Positions 17,982 through 27,161 of a stretch of 64,000 nt of DNA are shown piece by piece (position 1 is the stretch's first letter; every line of letters starts with the position of its first letter). Source of the stretch: an uncultured Gammaproteobacteria bacterium (GTDB lineage: Bacteria > Patescibacteriota > Patescibacteriia > Patescibacteriales > BS150m-G62); contig CAZMSR010000004.1 in assembly GCA_964569045.1 (NCBI GenBank), forward strand, positions 6,244-70,243. Direction: 5' to 3'. The notes below the pieces were generated by a model. That model searched no databases, was not told where the DNA came from, and worked only from the letters and a program-made list of their open reading frames with translations. The position numbers were made by a program, and so were the translations under genes.

Positions 17982-19532
17982 TTATTCAAAAGGAAGATTT
18001 GATGGAGTGTTATTTTTTGTTGATTCTAGATTTTCTGGAGATTTTTTTTGATATTTTGGAGTCTTTTCATTTGCATCGAGATCTTGGTGTGAATTATTGG
18101 GTTCTGATATTGTATTAAGCTCTGTTAATTTATTTATGTTATTTTTTTCTTCTTGACTAATTAGGTCTTGTTCGATTTCATTGAAGTTGTTGGTGGATTC
18201 GTCTTCTTTTCCGTCTTTGATTGGTAAAGTTGACGGAGCTTGCGATTTTTTAGCTGCTACTTTTTGCAAGCCAGTTGCTTTAACATATTCGCCTTGTGGA
18301 AAATTCCATAAAGTTGCGAGTTCCTCTATGCTCATTCGCTGCATGTTGCGTCCAGAAGATCCACTACGTCCTATGTAGTTTTTTGTGATTTTATTTTTTC
18401 TTGTATTTAAGCGAGATTTTTTAGGTGCAAATGATAGAGAGGTGGCAGTTTTTTTCATATCAGGTTTTAAGTTGTTTAGCTGAACATCAGCAAATTGTTT
18501 TAAAAACCCAACAAAGCCGTTGACCACTTTTGATTTATTCATTACTTCTTTTTTTGCCATGTACACAAACCTAATTTTAACTTTAAAGTTTGCTTGAGCG
18601 GCTTTTTCAGAAATTGCTTCAATTTTATTTTTTTGTATTGGTTTTAATTCTATCATTTTCAAAGATGCGTCCTCTTCTTCTTTGGTTTCTGATGGAATAT
18701 CGCTCCACATTTTATAAATAAATTCACTAAAACTATGCAAAATACCTATAAGCATGTCAATAATTAGGTCACCTAAATGTTTTTTTGATTTTATTTTCTC
18801 GTTTAATATTTCAGCAATTTCCGGTTCACTTACATCCATTTCATTAAAGCCAATTGGTTTAACAATGATTTGATACCATATTTGCTCCCCATCTCGCAAT
18901 GATCCACACAGATCCATAAGAGCTGATAACGGGTCTTTGTATTGCATTTCAGTTGGACCCATTTGATGTTCAAAGTGTTTGTAGGTTTTAATCGGGTAGG
19001 TTTCATTGTTTGCGTATATAAATTCAGTACCCCATACATCCCATGTATCGTCTGGATATTTTGTCGGCATACCTTCCGTATAATCATCTACTTCTGTTAT
19101 TTCAGCATCCGGATATTGAGAGTAAACTGATGTTTCAATTAAGTTTCTGAATTTTTCCGGAGTATGAATAAGAAATTGTGTGTATCCATTTATACTTACT
19201 ATCTCGTAACTGAAAGTGAGTTGAAATTGACCTTCGATGTACTCTTCAATTAAATTTTGTGTGCCATGTGCTCCACCTAAGTAGCTGAACATGTTTTCTA
19301 CCGCTTTTGGAGATTGCTCATTGCTTCTAGGAATATCTATTGCTAGAAGAATAAATTTAATACCGCCTTTCCATTTACCTTGCTTATTGTCCAACCATAT
19401 TTGATATGCACCAATAAACAGTACTATAACAAAAGATGGTAAGCCAAACCAAAAAAAGATATTTACGAGAGCAATATCTGGAGGTAAGTTAAAAAAATTA
19501 GTGATACCAGAAAAGTCAATGATAATATCCAT
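17982..19532 (-). CDS. hypothetical membrane-anchored protein, upstream partner of the TraD-like ATPase
   Basis: 516 aa. N-terminal TM helices (VNIFFWFGLPSFVIVLFIGAY) are followed by a large globular region (LLAIDIPRSNEQSPKAVENMF...YSQYPDAEITEVDDY) and an acidic/polar low-complexity tail. No named family was recognised. Confidence 0.6.
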   Translation of the reverse strand: MDIIIDFSGITNFFNLPPDIALVNIFFWFGLPSFVIVLFIGAYQIWLDNKQGKWKGGIKFILLAIDIPRSNEQSPKAVENMFSYLGGAHGTQNLIEEYIEGQFQLTFSYEIVSINGYTQFLIHTPEKFRNLIETSVYSQYPDAEITEVDDYTEGMPTKYPDDTWDVWGTEFIYANNETYPIKTYKHFEHQMGPTEMQYKDPLSALMDLCGSLRDGEQIWYQIIVKPIGFNEMDVSEPEIAEILNEKIKSKKHLGDLIIDMLIGILHSFSEFIYKMWSDIPSETKEEEDASLKMIELKPIQKNKIEAISEKAAQANFKVKIRFVYMAKKEVMNKSKVVNGFVGFLKQFADVQLNNLKPDMKKTATSLSFAPKKSRLNTRKNKITKNYIGRSGSSGRNMQRMSIEELATLWNFPQGEYVKATGLQKVAAKKSQAPSTLPIKDGKEDESTNNFNEIEQDLISQEEKNNINKLTELNTISEPNNSHQDLDANEKTPKYQKKSPENLESTKNNTPSNLPFE

Positions 19533-19597
19533 GAATAAATTTTAGCATAATTTTTTATCTGAACCAAGTATGTAGTTGCTGTTGCGTTGTACTTATT

Positions 19598-19926
19598 TAT
19601 ACTATTCCCAATTAAATATTTGGAAAACATTCTTGAATTTCGGCTATAAAATTCGTTTTTCGTTCAACATAATTCATTATTCATTATGCCTCACGCTCCG
19701 GCTTGTTTTTTGTTCGAAATTAAGAAATGTTTTTATTCCAAAGGGACTGTCGCCAAACTCGCTTCAATTCATAAATTTGGAAATTTTAAGATAAATTTTT
19801 TGAATAATTTTTGAGGCATATCCTAAGGTAAGCCAAAAAAATTTGAAAAAAATTTAGCCAAAATTAACAATTTATGGGTGAGGCGAGTTTGGCGACAGTC
19901 CCAAAGTGTTAATTGGGAGTGGTATA
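19598..19926. repeat. composite TATAC-type repeat carrying a nested element
   Basis: Outer arms are TATACTATTCCCAATTAA (19598-19615) and TTAATTGGGAGTGGTATA (19909-19926), 16/18 complementary. Outside the nested insert it is homologous to 5593-5750. Confidence 0.7.
19744..19901. mobile_element. MITE-like element inserted in the outer repeat, with TIRs and a target-site duplication
   Basis: Perfect 20-bp inverted repeat: GGGACTGTCGCCAAACTCGC (19743-19762) and GCGAGTTTGGCGACAGTCCC (19883-19902). It is flanked by direct CAAAG (19739-19743 and 19902-19906). The paralogous site in 5593-5750 is uninterrupted. No coding capacity. Confidence 0.65.
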
Positions 19927-19954
19927 AATTGATTGGTTGTTATTTAAATAAAAT

Positions 19955-19984
19955 AAAAAAATCGGCTATTAGACCGATTTTTTA
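19955..19984 (-). terminator. bidirectional intrinsic terminator after the sigma-r4/HARE-HTH gene
   Basis: AAAAAATCGG-CTATTAGA-CCGATTTTTT begins 14 nt after the stop at 19998. Confidence 0.55.
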
Positions 19985-19997
19985 TATTGATAAATGA

Positions 19998-21143
19998 TTA
20001 GATTAGTGTGTAGCTATTGTTATTTTTTAAAAATTGTTTATTGTTTGTAAGTGCTAAAATTACAGTAGTACGTTTAACAAGTCTTTGTTTTAAGACTTTG
20101 TCGATTATTTCGTCTCTAGATATGGGGTTTTTAGATGTTTTAATTATATCTGCAATGATTTCAGTTACAGTTCCTTTTTTATAACCCCATTCTGTTAATG
20201 TATACATGCCTCTTCCTACTAAAACATATTTTTCTCCCAAAATTAATTCATTATGCACTGTTGCTGCATTTGCCTTTTTTTTATCGAATTGAATTTTATT
20301 AATCTCTTCTGCTATTTGAGTGAAATGCATTGGTTTTTTATTTTCTTTTAAGATCAGGTAAATTTTTTCATTAATTGTCTTTGGTTTAATTTCACTCCAA
20401 TTATTAATCCCCCAATAACCAAGTTTGTTTTGTTCGATGTTTTGAGCAGCAACTAAAAGAGAATAAAGTGGTTTTTCTTGTTTGATTATTGTAAGATCAT
20501 TTGATGTGAGTTTTTTTAAGGCAGGTAAAACATCTACTTGGTTAATTGATGAAAGTTTTGGTTTATTTATTTTAAAAGTATTAAGATTTTTTGCCAAACT
20601 AATAATTTCGTTAGTTGTTAAGATAGAGTTCTTGCTTTGAATATTTTTTGAAAGTTCGTGTATTATTTTTTCTGCATGATTTATATTAGTGTTGTTTTTT
20701 GTTAGGCATTTTTTTAATTGTTTTGAACTTGTTATTTCTTTGATGTTGTTATTCAGAAGTTTTGAAATAATAAAATAGTAATTATTTTTATAAATTTCTT
20801 TGTTGCTATAATTATTGTTTGCAAGTATTATTAGGTGTTCAAGTAGATAGTTTAATTCAATTAAGCCTCCATATTCATTGATTAGATTTATTATATGGTC
20901 ATTTAAAGTATTGATATTCTTTTCTAGAATTTTTAGTTCTTTTATCTTTTTAAGAGCAACAGATTCTAGCTGACGTATTCTTTCTCTTGTTAAATTATGA
21001 TCGCGTCCGATTTCTTCAAGAGTTTGTTTTTTTGGCTCACTTAAGCCAAAACGTCGAGAAACAATATCTTGCTCTCTTTTATTAAGATTGGTAAGTAGTA
21101 ATTTATTTATATCGATTACATTTTGTTGTTGCTTTTGAGGCAT
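19998..21143 (-). CDS. sigma-70 region-4 domain protein with C-terminal HARE-HTH-like winged-helix domains
   Basis: 381 aa. The N-terminus LNKREQDIVSRRFGLSEPKKQTLEEIGRDHNLTRERIRQLESVALKKIK is a canonical sigma region 4.2, and no regions 2/3 are present. The C-terminus MHFTQIAEEINK...ATVHNELILGEKYVLVGRGMYTLTEWGY resembles the HARE-HTH fold of the RNAP delta subunit. Confidence 0.65.
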   Translation of the reverse strand: MPQKQQQNVIDINKLLLTNLNKREQDIVSRRFGLSEPKKQTLEEIGRDHNLTRERIRQLESVALKKIKELKILEKNINTLNDHIINLINEYGGLIELNYLLEHLIILANNNYSNKEIYKNNYYFIISKLLNNNIKEITSSKQLKKCLTKNNTNINHAEKIIHELSKNIQSKNSILTTNEIISLAKNLNTFKINKPKLSSINQVDVLPALKKLTSNDLTIIKQEKPLYSLLVAAQNIEQNKLGYWGINNWSEIKPKTINEKIYLILKENKKPMHFTQIAEEINKIQFDKKKANAATVHNELILGEKYVLVGRGMYTLTEWGYKKGTVTEIIADIIKTSKNPISRDEIIDKVLKQRLVKRTTVILALTNNKQFLKNNNSYTLI

Positions 21144-21537
21144 ATGTTGTATTTTGAGGATAAGAATGAATATAATAAACAGTTTTATTAAACTTATTTT
21201 GTTATTTTTTTTGTTGAAATTTAATTTTTATTGTATTGCTCCGTAAGCATATCATATTTTATTATTTTGTCAACATTTTTTAATACATAAAAATAAATTG
21301 TAACTAAAAAAAGCTAATTTTAGCGAAATAATTAAGTAAATTCAGATGGGTTTATAGGTATAATACTATGCCACTATTTTTTTAATTTTTTGTATATCCT
21401 ATATATTAAAAATACAAAAAAATAGTAAATTTAATATTTTTTATATAAGTATTTTTAATTACTTTAATTTGAAATTCGTTTTTTTGTATTAAAAATACAT
21501 CAAAAATAATGCAATGTATTAAAAAATATTGATATTA

Positions 21538-22515
21538 TTACAATTTAATTAAACCATTTTGTGCGCCAACTTTAGCAATAACATTTGCGGAGTTTTTTGA
21601 TGCCAATATGAGTGAATTTTTAATATCCCCATATTTTATTAGACCTGCTATAAAACTTGAATTAAAAGCATCTCCAACACCGGTTGTGTCTACTCTTCTC
21701 TTTTCTTTATATGGTTTTTGAAAGTATATTTTTTTTCCGTTAAAAACATGCGCTCCTTTACGACCAGAAGTTATGAGAACAATTTTCGGACCAAAATTTT
21801 TTATTATTTTTAATAAATTATTTATATTATTTAAAAATTGTTTATTGTGGTTATTATATTTTTTTGAGGCTAATACTAGTTCTAGCGCTTCATCTTTGTT
21901 TAATGATAATACATGTGTTTTTTTTAAATATTTAAGAAGTACAGTATGTTTGTATGTTAGTTGAGCGCTGCCAATGTTCCAGGCAATATTGTTGTGGTTT
22001 GTGCTAAAAATTTGTTTTAAAGTGTCTTTCCAGTTTCCGGCTAAAGATGTTAAGTATATCCAGTCAGTTTTTTTATTTAAAATTTTAAGATCTTTATTTG
22101 TTATTTGTAGTTCTGTATTTGCTCCCCTATTTGAAAATATAACGTGTTCTTTTGCGTGAATAGAGCTGGCAATTAAAAATGAGAAACCTGTCTCAAGGGT
22201 CTTTGATTTTTTTATAAGATTTACGTGTACATTGTATTTTTTTAAATTTTTAATTATGTTTTTGCCTCTATCGTCATTACCTACTGATGTAATAGTGCCT
22301 ACTTTTAAGCCTAGGCTAGCAAAAGACACAGCAGTGTTTGCAGCCCCTCCTCCAAATGTTTTAAATATTTGATCAACTTTAATTTTTGCACCATATTCAA
22401 AAGCTAACATTTTTTGGCAGAGTAGATTTTTTTTATTTTTTAATAGTGTGCATTCACTGGTGTAGAAAGTTATATCTTCAAGTGAAGACCCTATTGTTAT
22501 AACATTAAAATGCAT
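21538..22515 (-). CDS. PfkB-family carbohydrate kinase (ribokinase-like)
   Basis: 325 aa with GGGAANTAV and the C-terminal signature DTTGVGDAFNSSFIAG. Confidence 0.8.
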   Translation of the reverse strand: MHFNVITIGSSLEDITFYTSECTLLKNKKNLLCQKMLAFEYGAKIKVDQIFKTFGGGAANTAVSFASLGLKVGTITSVGNDDRGKNIIKNLKKYNVHVNLIKKSKTLETGFSFLIASSIHAKEHVIFSNRGANTELQITNKDLKILNKKTDWIYLTSLAGNWKDTLKQIFSTNHNNIAWNIGSAQLTYKHTVLLKYLKKTHVLSLNKDEALELVLASKKYNNHNKQFLNNINNLLKIIKNFGPKIVLITSGRKGAHVFNGKKIYFQKPYKEKRRVDTTGVGDAFNSSFIAGLIKYGDIKNSLILASKNSANVIAKVGAQNGLIKL

Positions 22516-22546
22516 ATTACTAGAGTATCATAGAATTGTAAATAAT

Positions 22547-22575
22547 AAAACACGGAATATAGAATTCCGTGTTTT
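22547..22575 (-). terminator. intrinsic terminator (bidirectional form)
   Basis: AAAACACGGAAT-ATAGA-ATTCCGTGTTTT has a 9-bp GC-containing stem with flanking A and T runs. It lies 14 nt after the stop at 22589. Confidence 0.65.
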
Positions 22576-22588
22576 AGTGCATTGTTTT

Positions 22589-23554
22589 TTATATTTTTAT
22601 GTCATTGATGCTTTTTAGTAGACTATTTTTTGCTTCCTCAGATATTAGATATATATTGTCACTATTCCCTTTTTTTGCATAATACATGGTGTTGTTATTC
22701 TGAATTTGAGAAAATGGATTTGTGTCAGTGTTGTTTGTGTTATTACTTAAGCTGTCACCTATCATTATTGTGTTGTCAAAATTTGTGCCTGTTATTTGAG
22801 CGATTATTGCATGTTTTTCCAGTCCTGTTCCATCAAATGTTTGTTTTGGTATTTTAGTGGCTTTTAAGTTAGTCATTGTAGTAAGAGTATCAATAATTGA
22901 GCTTTCATTTACTTTAAATTGCTCTGGTTTAATTAGTGCCCAGTGACCACCATCTTTTTCAAAAATAAATTGTTTATCAGGGTATTGAAGACGAAGCATG
23001 GTTGCTTTTGTAATATCTGAATTGAATATTGTTTTGTCTTTCCAGTCTTCTTTGTCAAATAATTTAACAAGATTTTCTTCTATTGAGTATGTGTCAGGTA
23101 TGTGCGGTAATGATATATATGTATCAACAAAATTATTAGCTAATTTTCCTATAACTATATCCATGGCATCTTTACCTTCTTCAATAATACTAACAATTAT
23201 GCCGCTTTCATCTGTGCCAAATTCTTCTTTTTTTTCATCTTCAGAGCTTACTAGCTCTAATGCTGCGATTTTAGCATTTTCTAAGGTTTCAATTATATTT
23301 TTTGAAGTTTCTTTGTTTACATAAAAGTTTTTTGTTCCCTCTATTTTAAATTTATCATTTTCTTTTGTTAAAGTAGTTGTCACTCCATCACGATTAACAA
23401 TAATTTTGCTAATAGATTCTGTGCTAATTTCAGATAAAAAATTGGCTGGATTTTCTTCTTGAATGTTCTCTTCTTGCATTGGGCCTTTGTATATATAAGC
23501 TGCTCCCCATAATACTACTAGGATAATTATCAATCTTAAAGTTGTTTTGCTCAT
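22589..23554 (-). CDS. DUF4340-like secreted protein of the GldG-type ABC cluster
   Basis: 321 aa with an N-terminal anchor. It is the last gene of the ABC ATPase / ABC-2 permease / GldG-like operon, the usual position of DUF4340 proteins. The family assignment rests on context and general layout. Confidence 0.5.
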   Translation of the reverse strand: MSKTTLRLIIILVVLWGAAYIYKGPMQEENIQEENPANFLSEISTESISKIIVNRDGVTTTLTKENDKFKIEGTKNFYVNKETSKNIIETLENAKIAALELVSSEDEKKEEFGTDESGIIVSIIEEGKDAMDIVIGKLANNFVDTYISLPHIPDTYSIEENLVKLFDKEDWKDKTIFNSDITKATMLRLQYPDKQFIFEKDGGHWALIKPEQFKVNESSIIDTLTTMTNLKATKIPKQTFDGTGLEKHAIIAQITGTNFDNTIMIGDSLSNNTNNTDTNPFSQIQNNNTMYYAKKGNSDNIYLISEEAKNSLLKSINDIKI

Positions 23555-23654
23555 AATTATATTTCAAATAATATATATTCAATTATATTTTTTTGAATAC
23601 AGTATTTTTGAGTAAATTTATTTGCCCCCCGCTATTATTAATTAATATTGGTGT

Positions 23655-25166
23655 TTAATTGTATTTTTTTCTTCTCGAGTAATATCTTAGCATGCCAAAA
23701 CATATTACTGCAAATGTTGTTCCAAAAATGTTTACGTATCTAATAAAATGCCTTTTATTATCATTAATTTCTTTAATTGGCCTTGATGTAACACCTTTTG
23801 ATCTAATTTTTATTAAGTCTTCATCGATGCTTAAGTAATCTACGATGTTTTGGAAAAATAAAAGATTTTCTGGATTTTGTCTTAAGTATTTATCTGATAT
23901 AAAGTCTGCATCACCAATTACTATTATTTTTGCTTTAGAGGTTGTATTATCTGAGTACGCACTTTTGATTTTACCAGATAAAGAATATGCAAGTATATAT
24001 TGATTAGGTTTATTTGATGGTATGCTTAGGGAACTGGAGCGAGGATTTAAATCGAAATTTTCTTCTTGTAGCCAGGCATTTTTTGTTGTTTTTAGCAATG
24101 GACTAATTATAGTTTCTGAATCGATATTTTGTTCGATTATGTTAAGTGAGCTTGCCCATGGTAAAACAAGGCTTTCAAGTTTAGCAACTGCAGTATGGTC
24201 TTGATTAAAGCCATCTTTTGTAATTTTAGGCCATAAAGGATAGTTTAGCATGAACGAAACAAAACCTTGAGAGAAGGATGTGAGGCCAGATTGATTATCA
24301 AGAACTAAATTAGTATTAATATTTATTCCGTATTTTTGAATAAGTTCATGAAGATTATTGTTGTTTGGAAATCCTTCTAAATTATTTCCTATATTAACAC
24401 CATTAGATAAAATAATTAAAGAGTTTCCACTTACAATGAAGTTATCTAAAGATTCAAGTGTTTTTTTCGGTAAGTCTGAGTTAATATCGGATAGTATTAA
24501 AGTACTGATTTCACTAAGTATATTCTCAATGTTTTCTGAGTCAGATAGATCAATGCTTTGTATTTTGTAAAATTGAGCTAATTTTTCATTTGCAATGCGA
24601 GTTGTGTTTATAGAATCATTAATTATTCCTACTGTTGGTAATGTTTTTGAAGTAACTTTTTTTATAGCCAGCGTTAAATCATATTCAAGATTGAAAGTAC
24701 TTTCAATAACTGGAATTACTTCTGTATTTTCTCCATAATGAATTGCTATACCAATAAAACCGTTGGTTATTTGATATTTGTCTTTTTCTAGGACATTGAA
24801 TTGTAATTCAGGAATTCCAAGAAAATATAGCTCTTCTTTTATTTTTTCATCATTAGTGGGGTTAATTATTTTGTATTTTACTTTATTTGAATAATTTGCA
24901 TAGTCATCAAGTATGTCTTTTATGTCTTGTTTTAATGTAATATATTGCGAAGGTAAATTTTCACTTATATATAGTTTTATATTGATAATATCATCCAAGT
25001 TTGTTGCTGTGTTAATACTTACTTGTGAGATAGAATAATCTTTGTTTTTTGTTAGATCGATACGAAAAAAAATGCTATAGGCAAAAAAATTAATTACAGC
25101 AATAATACCTAAAGTGCTTAGAGTGAGAATAAGTACATCTATTTTGTTGGATTTTTTTTGAACCAT
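23655..25166 (-). CDS. GldG-like ABC-transporter auxiliary protein
   Basis: 503 aa with N- and C-terminal TM anchors flanking a large extracytoplasmic domain. It directly follows the ABC-2 permease gene. Confidence 0.6.
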   Translation of the reverse strand: MVQKKSNKIDVLILTLSTLGIIAVINFFAYSIFFRIDLTKNKDYSISQVSINTATNLDDIINIKLYISENLPSQYITLKQDIKDILDDYANYSNKVKYKIINPTNDEKIKEELYFLGIPELQFNVLEKDKYQITNGFIGIAIHYGENTEVIPVIESTFNLEYDLTLAIKKVTSKTLPTVGIINDSINTTRIANEKLAQFYKIQSIDLSDSENIENILSEISTLILSDINSDLPKKTLESLDNFIVSGNSLIILSNGVNIGNNLEGFPNNNNLHELIQKYGININTNLVLDNQSGLTSFSQGFVSFMLNYPLWPKITKDGFNQDHTAVAKLESLVLPWASSLNIIEQNIDSETIISPLLKTTKNAWLQEENFDLNPRSSSLSIPSNKPNQYILAYSLSGKIKSAYSDNTTSKAKIIVIGDADFISDKYLRQNPENLLFFQNIVDYLSIDEDLIKIRSKGVTSRPIKEINDNKRHFIRYVNIFGTTFAVICFGMLRYYSRRKKYN

Positions 25167-25168
25167 AT

Positions 25169-25900
25169 TTAATTTCGTGATAGTTCTAGTTTTTTCACAT
25201 TAAGCCAGATAAAGAAAAATATAAAACTTGAATAATATATAATATCTTTTGTGTCAATTACACCCCTAGAAATACTATGAAAATGATTTCCTAGACCTAT
25301 GAATTTCATAACAGGCGTTATTACTGCAGGAGTTCTAGCTAAAATAAAATCAGCTCCAGCAATAAAGAATAAAAAACATGCAAGTGATCCGATGACAAAA
25401 GCAATTATTTGATTTTTTGTTAAACTAGAGACAAACATTCCCAAGGAAATGTATGCTCCGCCAAGCAATATTGCGCCCAAATAACCTCCGATAATTGGTC
25501 CAAGGTCAACATCACCAAGATACATGAGTGTAATAGGGATACTAAAAGTCGCAATAAGGGCTAGTCCAAGGAATATTATGCCGCTAAGAAATTTTGCTAT
25601 TGAAACCTGCCAGTATGTGACAGGAAGAGTGAGAAGGAATTCTATGGTGCCTGTTTTTTTTTCTTCTGCCCATAAACGCATTGTAATAGCTGGTGCTAAA
25701 AAAAGGAAGATCCATGGCAAAAGAGCAAAGAAACCTCGCATATTATTTTGTCCCACTAGAAAAAAAGAGCTAAAGAAAAGCCAATTACTTATGACTAGAA
25801 ATACTCCTATAAAGATATAAGCAATAGGTGAATTAAAATAATGCATTAATTCTTTTTTTAGAAGTGAGTAAATTGGTTTTATTGTTTTAATTAATATCAT
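25169..25900 (-). CDS. ABC-2 type transporter permease (GldF-like)
   Basis: 243-aa six-TM ORF lying between the ATPase gene and the GldG-like gene. Confidence 0.7.
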   Translation of the reverse strand: MILIKTIKPIYSLLKKELMHYFNSPIAYIFIGVFLVISNWLFFSSFFLVGQNNMRGFFALLPWIFLFLAPAITMRLWAEEKKTGTIEFLLTLPVTYWQVSIAKFLSGIIFLGLALIATFSIPITLMYLGDVDLGPIIGGYLGAILLGGAYISLGMFVSSLTKNQIIAFVIGSLACFLFFIAGADFILARTPAVITPVMKFIGLGNHFHSISRGVIDTKDIIYYSSFIFFFIWLNVKKLELSRN

Positions 25901-25931
25901 TTTAGATTTAAAATAAGCTGTGGTCGTGTGC

Positions 25932-26861
25932 TTATATAGTTAATTCTCTAAAAACATCTTCAAGGCTTGCATTGGTTCTGGAAAATTCAAGAATGGAATA
26001 ATTGTTTGCTGTTATTTGTTTTGATATAATTTCTCTCATATCTTCATTATTTGTTGGCTCTAGATGGTATTCGTAAATATTTAAACTTTCTTTTTTGTGT
26101 ATTGACACTTTGTTTATACCTGTTATTTGTTCCAAGATTTGAAGCGCTTTATAGCGTTCTCCTTTTAAGGTTATGCGGTATAGTAATTTTTTTTTGGTTT
26201 TTTCTTGTAACTCTAATGGTGAGCCTTGAGCTACAATTTGCCCTTTGTTTATAATGATTATTTTGTCTGAAATTGCGCTTGCTTCACTTAAAATATGAGT
26301 AGAAAAAATTACTGTTTTTTCTTGTCCTATTTTTTTTATTAATTTTCTAATTTCTATAATTTGATTTGGATCAAGTCCTGTAGTTGGTTCATCAAGAATT
26401 AATATATCAGGTTTATGTATTATTGCTTGAGCTAATCCCACTCTTTGTCTGTAGCCTTTTGATAGTTCGTCAATGGGTTTAGTAATTACTTCTTCAAGTC
26501 CGCATTCTTTTGCTGTTTCTTTAACCTCTATGTTAATTTTATTTTTTGGAATTTCCCGGATTTCAGCTACAAATTTTAAATATTCATATACTAATAATTC
26601 ATCATATAATGGGACCATTTCCGGCAAGTATCCAATTTTTTTCCTTACATGAAGTAAATTATCTTGAACGTCTAGCCCTGCTACCTCTATGCTTCCTTTG
26701 TTCGGATCTAGAAATGATGTTATTAATTTCATTGTGGTAGTTTTCCCTGCTCCGTTTGGTCCAAGAAAGCCAATAATTTCACCTTTTTTTATACTAAAGC
26801 TGATATTATTAATAGCAATATGTGAATCGTATTTTTTTGTTAAGTTTTTTATTTCTATCAT
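25932..26861 (-). CDS. ABC transporter ATP-binding protein (GldA-like)
   Basis: 309 aa with Walker A GPNGAGKTTT, signature LSKGYRQRVGLAQA and Walker B ILILDEPTTGLD. Confidence 0.9.
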   Translation of the reverse strand: MIEIKNLTKKYDSHIAINNISFSIKKGEIIGFLGPNGAGKTTTMKLITSFLDPNKGSIEVAGLDVQDNLLHVRKKIGYLPEMVPLYDELLVYEYLKFVAEIREIPKNKINIEVKETAKECGLEEVITKPIDELSKGYRQRVGLAQAIIHKPDILILDEPTTGLDPNQIIEIRKLIKKIGQEKTVIFSTHILSEASAISDKIIIINKGQIVAQGSPLELQEKTKKKLLYRITLKGERYKALQILEQITGINKVSIHKKESLNIYEYHLEPTNNEDMREIISKQITANNYSILEFSRTNASLEDVFRELTI

Positions 26862-27161
26862 TTTTTAAGTTTGCGCTGTGTTTGATGTATTTTATTTTTT
26901 TTATAAGTTTATGAATTTTTTAATTTATTTTTTAATTTAGCATATAGCATTTTTTTGTCAAAATTGTGTTGTGTAGTTGCTATTTAACTTTTAATTATTT
27001 TTTGAGTCCCTATATATCTTTGTATTAAAAAATTGTAGATTTTAGATAAAAATTTATTTAATAATAGAGTGTTTAATAGTTGTTGTGAAATTGTTTTTTT
27101 AGTGATTGTTAGCTAATTTTTAGTTATTCTGTTTTTTTTACATATAAACATGAAGTTGTGT

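Noticed and set aside
21403-21529. CRISPR-like array
   Set aside because: The repeats are only ~13 bp, irregularly spaced, in mixed orientation and AT-only. There are no cas genes. No other candidate array exists in the window.
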